64,000 nt of DNA from Butyricicoccus sp. Marseille-Q5471 (GCF_951230135.1 NZ_CATNVC010000001.1:76746-140745), one strand, 5' to 3'; shown: positions 27,811 through 37,502, counted from the first letter of the stretch. Numbers and translations are program-made. The notes: generated by a model from the letters alone, not told the origin.

Positions 27811-27884
27811 TGGCAGCCGAAGAAGGATTCGAACCCTCACAAACAGAGTCAGAGTCTGTCGTGCTACCTTTACACAATTCGGCT
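27811..27884 (-). tRNA. tRNA-Gln (anticodon CUG)
   Basis: 74-nt cloverleaf read on the minus strand: acceptor AGCCGAA/TTCGGCT, D-stem GTGT/GCAC, anticodon stem ACAGA/TCTGT with loop CTCTGAC (anticodon CTG), T-arm GAGGG-TTCGAAT-CCTTC, discriminator G and encoded CCA. Confidence 0.8.
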
Positions 27885-27927
27885 ATTTGTTCAGTTTTTG
27901 TGTCTTGCTCTTGAACTGACAAGTGTT

Positions 27928-27956
27928 ATTATACCCAGCGTCAGAGAAAAAGTCAA
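27928..27956 (-). promoter_or_regulatory. Consensus sigma-A promoter driving tRNA-Gln
   Basis: Minus-strand TTGACT, 17-nt spacer, TATAAT, about 40 nt upstream of the tRNA 5' end. Confidence 0.6.
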
Positions 27957-28001
27957 CACTTTTCTTTGAAAATTGAAAAAAAATTTGGAAGACCCGGTTC
28001 T

Positions 28002-28045
28002 AAAAAGAATTGGGTTGACGGTACTTATATCCGTCAACCCAATTC
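28002..28045 (-). terminator. Intrinsic terminator after the cupin gene
   Basis: GAATTGGGTTGACGG...CCGTCAACCCAATTC 15-bp stem followed by a minus-strand UUUUU. Confidence 0.8.
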
Positions 28046-28046
28046 C

Positions 28047-28568
28047 CTATTTTTGCTCCGCTGCTTCCGCTTCGGCTTTGGTATGGTGCACCGTACCCCA
28101 CGGATGCTGTGCCGGTGCATAAATTGAATACAGCTTCAGCGGTGTGTGGCCTGTATTGGTCACATTGTGCCACATGCCTGCCGGTACGAAAATTGCGTCG
28201 CCGTTGTGCACAACCTGCTCATACATCAGGTGCTCCTGCGTCGGCCCCATCTGTGTCAGTCCCTGCCCGGCTTCAATGCGCAAAAACTGATCATGATCCG
28301 CATGCAGCTCCAGACCAATAGACTCACCTGCCGGAATGCTCATTAGCGTTGCCTGCAGATTTTCTCCTGTCCAAATGGCGGTGCGGTAGTTCGGATTTCG
28401 CAGCGTTGCGACTTCTATATTCAGCACGTAGGGCTCCGGGCCGTGATCGGCAGAGGCAGGTCGAGCCGACTGCACGGCAGCCGGTACGGCCGATGCGGAC
28501 ATTTTCTGCTGCGCATTTCCCGTCGAACGGTATGAATTTCGGTTCATATTGTTATAATGACGATACAT
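28047..28568 (-). CDS. Cupin domain protein
   Basis: C-terminal double-stranded beta-helix motifs (G...H.H...E, then P.G..H...N). Long Asn/Ser-rich N-terminal tail. RBS AAAGGAG. Confidence 0.65.
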   Translation of the reverse strand: MYRHYNNMNRNSYRSTGNAQQKMSASAVPAAVQSARPASADHGPEPYVLNIEVATLRNPNYRTAIWTGENLQATLMSIPAGESIGLELHADHDQFLRIEAGQGLTQMGPTQEHLMYEQVVHNGDAIFVPAGMWHNVTNTGHTPLKLYSIYAPAQHPWGTVHHTKAEAEAAEQK

Positions 28569-28791
28569 GTCGTTAGTTCATCTCCTTTCTGCCATACTAT
28601 GCGCCTCATTGAAAGACCGTGCCCGCCGGCACTGCCTTGCACGGACATATTTGTCCCTTTTCCGCTCTTTTTTACAGTTTTAAGCGCATGTATAGCGTGA
28701 ATTTTGACGGCCAGACAGCTAGAAAATACGCGTCAAACGAAGTATAATAGTATACGCACGAAAATTACCGATTCTGGAGGTATAAATAGAT

Positions 28792-30612
28792 ATGACAAGA
28801 AAAGATTTGCGCAACATCGCGATTATCGCGCACGTTGACCATGGCAAGACCACGTTGGTGGACCAGATGCTCAAGCAGGCGGGCACGTTCCGCGAGAATC
28901 AGGTCGTCGAGGAGCGCGTCATGGACTCCAACGATATCGAGCGCGAGCGCGGCATCACCATTTTGGCCAAGAACACCTCGGTACACTACAAAGATGTGAA
29001 AATCAACATCGTTGATACGCCGGGTCACGCCGACTTTTCCGGCGAGGTAGAGCGTATCCTCAAGATGGTTGACGGTGTCGTCCTGTTGGTTGACGCTGCG
29101 GAGGGTCCGATGCCGCAGACGCGCTTTGTCCTCCAGAAGGCTCTGGAATTCGGCCATAAGATTATCATTGCCATCAATAAGATTGACCGTCCCGACGCAC
29201 GCCTGAACGAAATCGGCGACGAAGTGCTCGAGCTGCTGCTCAACCTTGACGCAACCAACGAGCAGCTTGACAGCCCAATCGTTTACTGCTCCGGCCGCGA
29301 CGGCACGGCTTCGATGTCACCCAACGTGCCCGGTCAGGATTTGATTCCGCTTTTTGAGCAGATTCTCGACCACATCCCGTCTCCCTCGGTTGACACCGAA
29401 GGCCCGATGCAGATGCTCGTTTCCTCGATCGACTACAACGAGTATGTCGGCCGTATCGGCATCGGCCGTATCGAGCGCGGTGAAATGAAGGTCGGCCAGC
29501 AGGTTACCATCTGCGACTACCACGGCCACATGAAGCCCTATAACAGCAAGCTCGTCACACTGATGACGATCGACGGCCTCGGCCGCGCAAACGTTGATTC
29601 GGCCAAGGCGGGCGATATCGTCTGCTTCTCCGGTGTGGAAAACATCACCATCGGTGAAACCGTGTGTGATCCTGCAAATGTGCAGCCGCTGCCCTTCGTC
29701 AAGATTTCCGAGCCGACGGTCGAGATGTATTTCTCGGTTAACGACTCCCCCTTTGCCGGCCGTGAGGGCAAGTTTGTCACCTCGCGTCACCTGCGTGAGC
29801 GTCTGTTCCGCGAGCTGCTCAAGGATGTTTCGCTGCGCGTTTCCGAAACGGATACGACCGATTCCTTCCGCGTTTCCGGTCGCGGTGAAATGCATTTGTC
29901 CATCCTGATTGAGAACCTGCGCCGCGAAGGCTATGAGTTCCAGGTTGGCGCGCCCAAGGCGCTGATGCACGAGGTGGACGGCGTAACAAACGAGCCGATC
30001 GAGCGTATGATTGCTGACGTACCGCTTGATTCGGTCGGCTCTGTCATGGAAAAGATGGGCTCCCGTAAGGGCGAGCTGGTTTCCATGAGCCCGAAGGGCG
30101 ACCGTATGCGCGTTGAATTCCTGATTCCGGCACGCGGCCTGTTCGGCTACCGCACCGAGTTCCTGACCGATACCAAGGGCGAAGGCGTGCTGAGCTCGGT
30201 TTTCCACAGCTACCAGCCGTATAAGGGCGAGATTCAGAAGCGCAGCCAGGGTTCGATGATTGCATTTGAAAGCGGCGAGGCCGTAGGTTACGGTCTGTTC
30301 AACGCACAGGAACGCGGCACGCTGTTCATCGGCGCAGGCACGCCTGTATACGAAGGCATGGTTATCGGCTGCACCCCGAAGAGCGAAGACATCGCCGTCA
30401 ACATCTGCAAGAAAAAGCAGTTGACCAACATGCGTGCATCCGGCTCGGACGACTCACTTCGCCTGATTCCGCCGCACATCATGTCGATCGAAGAAGCACT
30501 CGAATTCCTGGGTGATGATGAACTGCTCGAAATCACACCCGAGAGCGTGCGTATCCGCAAAAAGATTCTTTCCAATAACGATCGCATGAAGAAGATCAAG
30601 GGTAAAAAGTAA
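28792..30612 (+). CDS. typA: Translational GTPase TypA/BipA
   Basis: 606 aa starting MTRKDLRNIAIIAHVDHGKTTLVD, with G1-G5 motifs and a BipA-type C-terminus. Confidence 0.95.
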   Translation: MTRKDLRNIAIIAHVDHGKTTLVDQMLKQAGTFRENQVVEERVMDSNDIERERGITILAKNTSVHYKDVKINIVDTPGHADFSGEVERILKMVDGVVLLVDAAEGPMPQTRFVLQKALEFGHKIIIAINKIDRPDARLNEIGDEVLELLLNLDATNEQLDSPIVYCSGRDGTASMSPNVPGQDLIPLFEQILDHIPSPSVDTEGPMQMLVSSIDYNEYVGRIGIGRIERGEMKVGQQVTICDYHGHMKPYNSKLVTLMTIDGLGRANVDSAKAGDIVCFSGVENITIGETVCDPANVQPLPFVKISEPTVEMYFSVNDSPFAGREGKFVTSRHLRERLFRELLKDVSLRVSETDTTDSFRVSGRGEMHLSILIENLRREGYEFQVGAPKALMHEVDGVTNEPIERMIADVPLDSVGSVMEKMGSRKGELVSMSPKGDRMRVEFLIPARGLFGYRTEFLTDTKGEGVLSSVFHSYQPYKGEIQKRSQGSMIAFESGEAVGYGLFNAQERGTLFIGAGTPVYEGMVIGCTPKSEDIAVNICKKKQLTNMRASGSDDSLRLIPPHIMSIEEALEFLGDDELLEITPESVRIRKKILSNNDRMKKIKGKK

Positions 30613-30645
30613 TTTTATATACGATTTAAGGAGATTTGATGCATC

Positions 30646-31032
30646 ATGGCACTGAAAAATGTACTGCATTCTGATCTGGCACCGGCCGCAGTAGGCCCCT
30701 ACTCGCAGGCGATTGAGGCTAACGGCTTTGTATTTACCTCAGGTCAGGTTCCGATTAACCCCAATGCCGGCAAAATTGTTGCTGAAACCATTGAAGAGCA
30801 GACCGAGCAGGTCATGCAGAACCTCAAGATGGTGCTCGCACAGGCGGGTATCGGATTTGACCGTGTTGTCAAGTCCACCTGCTTCCTGGCCGATATGAAC
30901 GATTTTGCAGCATTCAACGCTGTCTATGCGCAGTATTTCCCCGAAGCCGCACCCGCACGCTCCTGCGTGCAGGTCGCCGCGCTGCCGCTCGGCGCCAAGG
31001 TGGAGGTTGAACTGGTGGCTGTCAAGGGATAA
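30646..31032 (+). CDS. ridA: RidA family reactive enamine/imine deaminase (YjgF/TdcF)
   Basis: 128 aa with APAAVGPYSQAI and a conserved C-terminus. An upstream out-of-frame ATG at 30639 ends after 11 codons. Confidence 0.85.
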   Translation: MALKNVLHSDLAPAAVGPYSQAIEANGFVFTSGQVPINPNAGKIVAETIEEQTEQVMQNLKMVLAQAGIGFDRVVKSTCFLADMNDFAAFNAVYAQYFPEAAPARSCVQVAALPLGAKVEVELVAVKG

Positions 31033-31035
31033 GCG

Positions 31036-31251
31036 ATGTTCACCATTTGTTTCGGAAAATACCGTCACTATAAAGGCGGAGAGTACGAGGTTATCGGCCT
31101 TGCCAAGCACTCGGAAACGCTGGAGGATATGGTAATCTACCGCGCGCTGTATGGCGAGCGTGGTGTCTGGGCACGTCCCGCGTCGATGTGGCATGAGCTG
31201 ATCGAGGTTGACGGAAAATCCGTGCCGCGTTTTCAGTATCTCGGAAATTAA
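31036..31251 (+). CDS. DUF1653 domain-containing protein
   Basis: 71 aa with the family-typical YRHYKGGEYEVIGLAKHSETLEDMVIYRALYG. Confidence 0.65.
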   Translation: MFTICFGKYRHYKGGEYEVIGLAKHSETLEDMVIYRALYGERGVWARPASMWHELIEVDGKSVPRFQYLGN

Positions 31252-31295
31252 AATAAAAAGAAGAGACGGTTTGCACCGTCTCTTCTTTTTATTTA
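31252..31295. terminator. Bidirectional intrinsic terminator
   Basis: AAGAAGAGACGGT-ttgc-ACCGTCTCTTCTT with a flanking A-tract and T-tract. Confidence 0.8.
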
Positions 31296-32708
31296 GTCCT
31301 GTTCTGCGTCTGCGGGTGCATCTGTTGCCGCAGCAATCATGTCCGGCTTAGACTCGGTGCCCAGATAGCTCGGCATATCCAGACCGGCCTGCTTGAAAAT
31401 CTCATGCAGCGGCGGGATGGATGCCATCATACCCGACAGGAAATTGGCGGTTGAAGATTTGCCGTCTGCATTGCCTGCGCCGGAATCCCAAACCGTGACC
31501 TTGTCGATTTTGAGGTTTTTGACCGCATCGACCTGAATCTTGACCAGCTCTTCCAGCTTGTCGGCAATCATCAGCTGTACTGCGGCCTGCGGGTCATCCC
31601 CTGCCGCTGCGACAAGCGCGCGGATACCCTCTGCCTGACGCTCCAAAATCTCCTTCGCGCCGCGTGCTTCGGCTTCCATCTTCGCAAAAATTGCATCTGC
31701 CTCGCCGCGCGCTCTGCGGCGCATGACCTCTGCCTCGGCTTCAGCCTGAATCTCCGCTTGTTCCTTTGAGATTTGTGCCTTAACGATAATATCCGCTTCC
31801 TGCGTTGCCTTTTCCAACTGCGCGCGGGTGGTTTCCGCCTCCTGCTGCGCTATGTAGGCTTCCTGCTTGGCCTTTGCCGCCTGAACAGCCTCTGCCGCTG
31901 TCGCCAAACGAAGCGCTTCCGCTTCCTTCTCACGGCGGTTTGCCTCGGACTGTGCCACTTCGATTTTCGCGTTGTTTTCGCCGTCGATTGCAGTGGCGTC
32001 TGCCGCAGCAACCTGCACACGCTGATCACGGTGCGCGTTGGCCTGACCGATTTCACCGTCACGATTCTTTTCCGCAACCGACTTCTTCGCGTCGTTGATT
32101 GCCTTGGCAGCCGCTTCCTTGCCGAGTGCGTCAATGTAGCCGGACTCATCGTTAATGTCGGTCACGTTGACGTTGATGAGGCGCAAACCAATCTTTTTCA
32201 GCTCAATTTCCACATTGCTTGCAACAGCAGAGAGGAACTTATCACGGTCGGTGTTAATCTCTTCGATGTCCATCGTTGCAACGACCAAACGGAGCTGACC
32301 GAAGATAATATCCTTGGCAAGCTCCTGAATCTCGTTGAGCTTAAGGCCGAGCAGACGCTCCGCAGCATTTTGCATGATGCCCGGTTCGGTCGAAATACCG
32401 ACCGTGAAGCGGCTGGGCACGTCGATGCGGATATTCTGCTTAGACAGCGCGTTCTTCAGGTCGGCGCTGATGGAGATAGGGGTCAAATCCAGGTACTGAA
32501 ACGACTGGATGACCGGCACGATGAACGCCGCGCCGCCGTGAATACATTTGGCCGAACGCGCCTGCCCGGATTTGTCCGAGCCGACCTTGCCGTAAATGAC
32601 CAGAATCTTATCGGACGGGCACTTTCGGTACCGCGAAAGAATGGCCAGCAGTGCTGCGAACAGCACCACCACGATGATACAGACGGTGATGAGCATTTGT
32701 AATGGCAT
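31293..32708 (-). CDS. Flotillin-like SPFH/band-7 protein (YuaG/FloT-type)
   Basis: N-terminal TM, SPFH domain and a long Ala/Glu-rich coiled-coil (EA repeats). ATG at 32708 has RBS GGAGG. Confidence 0.85.
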   Translation of the reverse strand: MPLQMLITVCIIVVVLFAALLAILSRYRKCPSDKILVIYGKVGSDKSGQARSAKCIHGGAAFIVPVIQSFQYLDLTPISISADLKNALSKQNIRIDVPSRFTVGISTEPGIMQNAAERLLGLKLNEIQELAKDIIFGQLRLVVATMDIEEINTDRDKFLSAVASNVEIELKKIGLRLINVNVTDINDESGYIDALGKEAAAKAINDAKKSVAEKNRDGEIGQANAHRDQRVQVAAADATAIDGENNAKIEVAQSEANRREKEAEALRLATAAEAVQAAKAKQEAYIAQQEAETTRAQLEKATQEADIIVKAQISKEQAEIQAEAEAEVMRRRARGEADAIFAKMEAEARGAKEILERQAEGIRALVAAAGDDPQAAVQLMIADKLEELVKIQVDAVKNLKIDKVTVWDSGAGNADGKSSTANFLSGMMASIPPLHEIFKQAGLDMPSYLGTESKPDMIAAATDAPADAEQD

Positions 32709-32768
32709 AGTCTTTTCCTCCACATGTTTTATTTTTACCTTTTATTGCAGCGGACGGCGTGCGTCCCA

Positions 32769-33434
32769 CTACTCTTTTTCTACGACCAGCAGTTCACCCC
32801 GCAGGTCAGTGACGCGGACGACCGCGCCGGTGGACAGCGGTTCGCTGCTCATTGTGATGGCCGAAAACTCGTTGAGTTGTCCCTGCACCTGCAGCATCAC
32901 CTTGCCCTCGCCCGCCCCCGCGGGCGGGATGGGCAAATAGACCCTGCCGCACTCCCCAATCGCGTTCCTGACATTCAGCGTGCCGTTTTCGGCCAGCTTC
33001 TGCGAAGCCTGCACCAATTTGGCCACTAAGAACATCGCAATCAGGCCAAGCACCAGACCGATGAGCATGCTCACCGTTTCATTCGAGCCTGTGCTGATGG
33101 CGACGATCGAAGACCATCCGAAGACGGTCAAAAACGCAACCACGCCCTGCAGCGTCAGCAACCGCAGCACCGAACCATCATGTACGCCGCTGCCGTCGTG
33201 ACGGGATAAATCGTCAAAATCGGCATCGCTCAATTCGCTGAGATCGGTGTCGGTATCGGTCTGTATATCCAAATCAAGACCCGAGGTATCACTCGGATTG
33301 ACGGCTGTTCCCCCGTCCGCCATGCCGCCTGCGACCGAAAGTACGGTCTGAATCAGCAGTATCAGTGTCGACGGGATTGCGATGCAGTACAGCACGCGCA
33401 GCACGTTGTCCAGTGCGTTCCACCATTCCGTCAT
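32769..33434 (-). CDS. NfeD-like membrane protein (YuaF-type flotillin partner)
   Basis: Membrane helices plus a C-terminal OB-fold beta-barrel (GKVMLQVQGQ...GAVVRVTDLRGELLVVE). Sits upstream of the flotillin gene, as in the yuaF-floT operon. Confidence 0.75.
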   Translation of the reverse strand: MTEWWNALDNVLRVLYCIAIPSTLILLIQTVLSVAGGMADGGTAVNPSDTSGLDLDIQTDTDTDLSELSDADFDDLSRHDGSGVHDGSVLRLLTLQGVVAFLTVFGWSSIVAISTGSNETVSMLIGLVLGLIAMFLVAKLVQASQKLAENGTLNVRNAIGECGRVYLPIPPAGAGEGKVMLQVQGQLNEFSAITMSSEPLSTGAVVRVTDLRGELLVVEKE

Positions 33435-33488
33435 TGCTGTCCCTCCTCAACTGTCGTTTTTTGTCATGTAAATTATATTTACATTTTC

Positions 33489-33517
33489 ATTATAATATCT
33501 GGCATACCGCTTGTCAA
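33489..33517 (-). promoter_or_regulatory. Consensus sigma-A promoter of the nfeD-flotillin operon
   Basis: Minus-strand TTGACA, 17-nt spacer, TATAAT. Confidence 0.6.
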
Positions 33518-33551
33518 TCATACTATAGGAAATATTTATATTCCTTTTGTC

Positions 33552-33580
33552 TTGTTATTTTGCACGAGGTTTGGTACAAT
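33552..33580 (+). promoter_or_regulatory. Promoter of the XRE regulator gene
   Basis: TTGTTA, 17-nt spacer, TACAAT. Confidence 0.5.
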
Positions 33581-33616
33581 GAAGTAAATTATACTTACGC
33601 GAAAGGAACGAGTGAT

Positions 33617-34150
33617 ATGACTGCATCCGAGCTTGGCAGAAAACTGAAAGAAGCGCGTCTGGCAAAAAGAATGACGCAGGCCGAGGTCGTGGGCGACTTC
33701 ATCACACGCAACATGCTCAGCCAGATTGAAAGCGGCGCGGCGATGCCGTCTGTCAGGACACTCAGTTATCTGGCGCGCGTGCTTGATCTGCCAACCGAGC
33801 AGCTGATTGCGGGCGATGGCGCGTCCGAGGACGCCTTTCGCATCCTGCTTGATGCCAAGGCTGCCTACCGCGCGGGGGATTTCGCTGCTGTCCCCTGCGA
33901 TGAAACCGCCTTTCCGGATGAGGTGTCGGATGAATTATATGCACTTGCCGCGCGCGCCTGTCTGATACGCGCCCGGTCGGAAGCCGGGGTACAAGCACCC
34001 AGTGATGTGACCACCCTGATTCGCCGTGCCATTGACTTTTCCGGCAAAGGATTATATACAAACGAAGCGCTCCGCAGTGAAGCCGTGCTGTTTTTAAACG
34101 AGCAGGTTGGCCGACTGCGCGATTATTACAAGGCACTTGCCGAGGAATAA
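33617..34150 (+). CDS. XRE family HTH transcriptional regulator with C-terminal domain
   Basis: N-terminal Cro/C1 HTH (LGRKLKEARLAKRMTQAEVVGDFITRNMLSQIESGAAMPSVRTLSYLARVLDL). ATG at 33617 has RBS AAAGGAACGAG. Confidence 0.75.
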   Translation: MTASELGRKLKEARLAKRMTQAEVVGDFITRNMLSQIESGAAMPSVRTLSYLARVLDLPTEQLIAGDGASEDAFRILLDAKAAYRAGDFAAVPCDETAFPDEVSDELYALAARACLIRARSEAGVQAPSDVTTLIRRAIDFSGKGLYTNEALRSEAVLFLNEQVGRLRDYYKALAEE

Positions 34151-34173
34151 GCGCGGCCCATTAAATCTCTAAA

Positions 34174-34211
34174 GAAAAACGCTGTATGCAACTGCATACA
34201 GCGTTTTTTGG
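34174..34211. terminator. Bidirectional intrinsic terminator (end of FAS/ACC operon)
   Basis: AACGCTGTATGCA-act-TGCATACAGCGTT with a flanking A-tract and T-tract. Confidence 0.85.
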
Positions 34212-34215
34212 GTTC

Positions 34216-34440
34216 TTACTGATTCGCCTCGATGTAGCTCACGATGTCACCGATGGTGCTCATCTTGGTTGCTTCTTCATCGGAAATGGTGATGCCGAAG
34301 TTCTCCTCCAGATCCATCATCAGTTCAACCACGTCGAGCGAGTCGGCGTTCAGGTCCTCTTTAATCTTGGTTTCCATGGTCATGGTGGAAGCGTCAGCGT
34401 CAAACTTATCGGCCAACAGCTCGCAAATCTTTTCAAACAT
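34216..34440 (-). CDS. acpP: Acyl carrier protein
   Basis: 74 aa with the DSLD phosphopantetheine attachment motif (LNADSLDVVELMMDLEENFG). Confidence 0.9.
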   Translation of the reverse strand: MFEKICELLADKFDADASTMTMETKIKEDLNADSLDVVELMMDLEENFGITISDEEATKMSTIGDIVSYIEANQ

Positions 34441-34445
34441 GGGTC

Positions 34446-35258
34446 TTACACTCCTTCAAATTCTTGATTATCTCTGAAAACTCCGATTTTACGGAATTTT
34501 TCATACCGTTTTTTTAGCATCGTGTCCATATCCGGCTCAGCATTAAGCTCAGCCAACGTGTCGGACAGCGCACGCTTAATGTTACGCATCATCTGCGCAT
34601 TGGTCACGCCCTCGGGCACGATGCCCTCAATCATGCCAAACTCCCGCAAATCCTCCGCCGTGATGCGCAGAGTGTCGGCGGCCTCAGCCTCGCGAGTCGG
34701 GTCTTTCCACAGGATGGACGCACAGCCGCGCGGCGAAATGACTGAATACAGTGCGTTTTCGAGCATAAGCACGCGGTCGGCCACTGCAAGTGCCAATGCG
34801 CCGCCCGAACCGCCTTCGCCTGTGACAATCGAAATCACCGGCGTACGAAGCTCAATAAACTCATACAGGCAGCGGGCAATCGCCTCGCCCTGTCCGCGTT
34901 CCTCTGCGCCAACGCCGCAGAACGCGCCCGGTGTATCGACAAAGCAGAACACCGGACGGCCGAATTTTTCAGCCTGATGCGCCAGCCGAAGCGCCTTGCG
35001 GTAGCCTTCAGGGTGCGCCATGCCGAAATTAGCAGCCAGATTTTCCTCGGTTGTTTTGCCCTTGCGGTGTCCGATTACCGTAACCGGCGTGCCGCAGAAC
35101 AAGCCTACGCCCGCGCAGATCGCATGATCCTCTGCAAACTCCCGGTCGCCGTGCAGCTCAATGAAATCATCGAACAGCTCGGTGATGTAATCATCAATCA
35201 CCGGACGCTTGGGGTCGTGGATGATGCGCATTTTTTCAGAAGCCGGTTTGCTCATCAT
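34446..35258 (-). CDS. accA: Acetyl-CoA carboxylase carboxyltransferase subunit alpha
   Basis: AccA carboxyltransferase fold (GVGAEERGQGEAIARCL..., GEGGSGGALA). Confidence 0.9.
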   Translation of the reverse strand: MMSKPASEKMRIIHDPKRPVIDDYITELFDDFIELHGDREFAEDHAICAGVGLFCGTPVTVIGHRKGKTTEENLAANFGMAHPEGYRKALRLAHQAEKFGRPVFCFVDTPGAFCGVGAEERGQGEAIARCLYEFIELRTPVISIVTGEGGSGGALALAVADRVLMLENALYSVISPRGCASILWKDPTREAEAADTLRITAEDLREFGMIEGIVPEGVTNAQMMRNIKRALSDTLAELNAEPDMDTMLKKRYEKFRKIGVFRDNQEFEGV

Positions 35259-36127
35259 GCCCTTCGCACCTGCCTTTTCTTCGGTTTGGGCTGGCGATGC
35301 ATTTTCAGCAGCTTTTCCAGCGTACTTTTCAGCTGATTGCGCGGAACTATTTTATCACAGAATCCATGCGATAGCAAGAACTCCGATGACTGAAAATCAT
35401 CCGGCAGGGTTTCGCCGATGGTGCCTTCAATCACGCGTCGGCCTGCAAAGCCGATTGTCGTGCGCGGCTCGGCAAGGATAATATCACCCAGCATGGCGAA
35501 GGACGCGGTTACGCCGCCCGTTGTGGGGTCGGTCAGCACCGTGATATACAGCAGTCCCGCATCCGAATGCCGCCGCGCTGCCGCGGAGACCTTGGCCATC
35601 TGCAGCAGAGAGAACATGCCCTCCTGCATGCGTGCGCCGCCCGAACAGGTAAACAGCACCACGGGAAGTGCCTTTTCGGTCGCATATTCAAACAGGCGGG
35701 TCAGCTTTTCACCGACAACGCTCCCCATCGAAGCCATCATAAAATGACTGTCCATAACACCGATACAAGCTTCCGTACCGCCGATTTTACACACGCCGGT
35801 CAATACCGCATCGGGCATACCGAGTTTTTCCGAAAGCTGTGCCGCCTTGTCCGCATAACCCGGAAAGTCAATCGGGTCTGCCGGAGCCAGCGATTCGTTC
35901 AGTGCCTGAAACGTATCCTTATCCGCAATTTGTCGGATGCGCGTACGCGCAAGCAAGCGACCGTAGCGGCCGCAATGCGGGCAGACGTACAGGTTTTTGC
36001 CGTAGGCGTAGGCTTTCAGCTCAGCGCCGCAGCCCTTGCAGGTCACGACCTTCACGCCCGCATCCTCCTGCGGCTTCATTTCCATCGAAGTCTCGCGCGT
36101 CTTTTGGAACAGGTCAATCAGTCCCAT
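35255..36127 (-). CDS. accD: Acetyl-CoA carboxylase carboxyltransferase subunit beta
   Basis: N-terminal C4 zinc ribbon (CKGCGAEL...CPHCG) plus CT domain. ATGA overlap with accA. Confidence 0.9.
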   Translation of the reverse strand: MGLIDLFQKTRETSMEMKPQEDAGVKVVTCKGCGAELKAYAYGKNLYVCPHCGRYGRLLARTRIRQIADKDTFQALNESLAPADPIDFPGYADKAAQLSEKLGMPDAVLTGVCKIGGTEACIGVMDSHFMMASMGSVVGEKLTRLFEYATEKALPVVLFTCSGGARMQEGMFSLLQMAKVSAAARRHSDAGLLYITVLTDPTTGGVTASFAMLGDIILAEPRTTIGFAGRRVIEGTIGETLPDDFQSSEFLLSHGFCDKIVPRNQLKSTLEKLLKMHRQPKPKKRQVRRA

Positions 36128-36142
36128 GCGTATCCTCCTTTC

Positions 36143-37489
36143 TTAGCGGTCAAAATCGCCGTTGGCAATGGAATTGACGTGGAAATCCGCGTGTTCAAAA
36201 GCCTCCGAGCGCAATATATGCATTTGATAGTCCGTTCCCGTGATGACACCCTCAAACAGAGTCTCAGCCAGTGCACGGCGCATACGGGCAATGGCCTGTG
36301 CACGGTCAGCGCCGTATGCAATCAGCTTGCCGATCATCGAATCGTAAAAGGGTGGGATTTTGTATCCCTGATAGGCGGCCGTATCCATGCGCACACCTGG
36401 ACCGCCCGGCAGATGCATTGAAACCAGGGTGCCCGGACAGGGCGCGAACTCCCGCGAGGGGTCTTCCGCATTGATGCGGCATTCGATTGCATGGCCGCGC
36501 AGCAGAAGATCGTCCTGCGTAAAAGCCAGCGGCTCACCCGCCGCGACCTTAATCTGCTCGCACACCAAATCAACGCCGGTGACCTGCTCGGTGACCGGAT
36601 GCTCGACCTGAATGCGGGTGTTCATCTCGCAGAAGTAGAAATTCCGATCGGAATCGACCAAGAACTCAATCGTACCCGCGTTCCGATAGCCGACGCGCTT
36701 TGCCAAATCAACCGCCGCGCTGCACATGCGGGCGCGCAGGTCTTCGTCTACAAAGGCGGAGGGCGCTTCCTCTATCAGCTTCTGGTGGCGGCGCTGTACC
36801 GAGCACTCACGCTCGAACAGGTGCACAATGTTGCCGTAGCTGTCACCCAGAATCTGCACCTCGATGTGGCGCGGATTGTGAATGTAGCGCTCCATGTAAA
36901 TGCGGCCGTCACCGAAGTTGGCCTGCGCCTCGGAGGAGGCGTTGTCATACGCCGTTTTCAGCTCAGACGCATCCTGCGCCACGCGAATGCCCTTGCCGCC
37001 GCCGCCCGATGCCGCCTTGAGCATAACGGGATAGCCGATGCGTTCTGCCTCTCGTTCCGCTTCAGCAAAGTCCGCGACCGCGCCGTCCGTGCCCAGTGCC
37101 ACAGGTACGCCTGCCGCAATGGCATTGCGCTTGGCTTCGGCCTTATCGCCCATCAGACGGATTGTCTGCGCAGTCGGTCCGATGAAGGCAAGTCCGGCTT
37201 CGGTCGTCAACTCGGCAAAGTCCGGATTCTCCGACAGAAAGCCGAAGCCCGGATGAATCGCCTGACAGCCCGATGCGACGGCAGCCGATATGATATTGTT
37301 CATGTTCAGATAGCTGTCCGCTGCGCGGGCGGGACCGATACACACCGCCTCATCCGCAATCTGCGCGTGCAGCGCTTCGCGGTCTGCCTCAGAATAAACA
37401 GCGACCGAAACGATGCCCATATCGCGGCAGGCCTGAATCACGCGCACCGCGATTTCGCCGCGGTTTGCGATTAATACCTTTTGAAACAT
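36143..37489 (-). CDS. accC: Acetyl-CoA carboxylase biotin carboxylase subunit
   Basis: Starts MFQKVLIANRGEIAVRVIQACRDMGI with ATP-grasp motifs. ATG at 37489 has RBS GGCAGGAGAG. The ORF-track extension overlapping fabZ is rejected. Confidence 0.95.
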   Translation of the reverse strand: MFQKVLIANRGEIAVRVIQACRDMGIVSVAVYSEADREALHAQIADEAVCIGPARAADSYLNMNNIISAAVASGCQAIHPGFGFLSENPDFAELTTEAGLAFIGPTAQTIRLMGDKAEAKRNAIAAGVPVALGTDGAVADFAEAEREAERIGYPVMLKAASGGGGKGIRVAQDASELKTAYDNASSEAQANFGDGRIYMERYIHNPRHIEVQILGDSYGNIVHLFERECSVQRRHQKLIEEAPSAFVDEDLRARMCSAAVDLAKRVGYRNAGTIEFLVDSDRNFYFCEMNTRIQVEHPVTEQVTGVDLVCEQIKVAAGEPLAFTQDDLLLRGHAIECRINAEDPSREFAPCPGTLVSMHLPGGPGVRMDTAAYQGYKIPPFYDSMIGKLIAYGADRAQAIARMRRALAETLFEGVITGTDYQMHILRSEAFEHADFHVNSIANGDFDR

Positions 37490-37502
37490 TGTCTCTCCTG
37501 CC

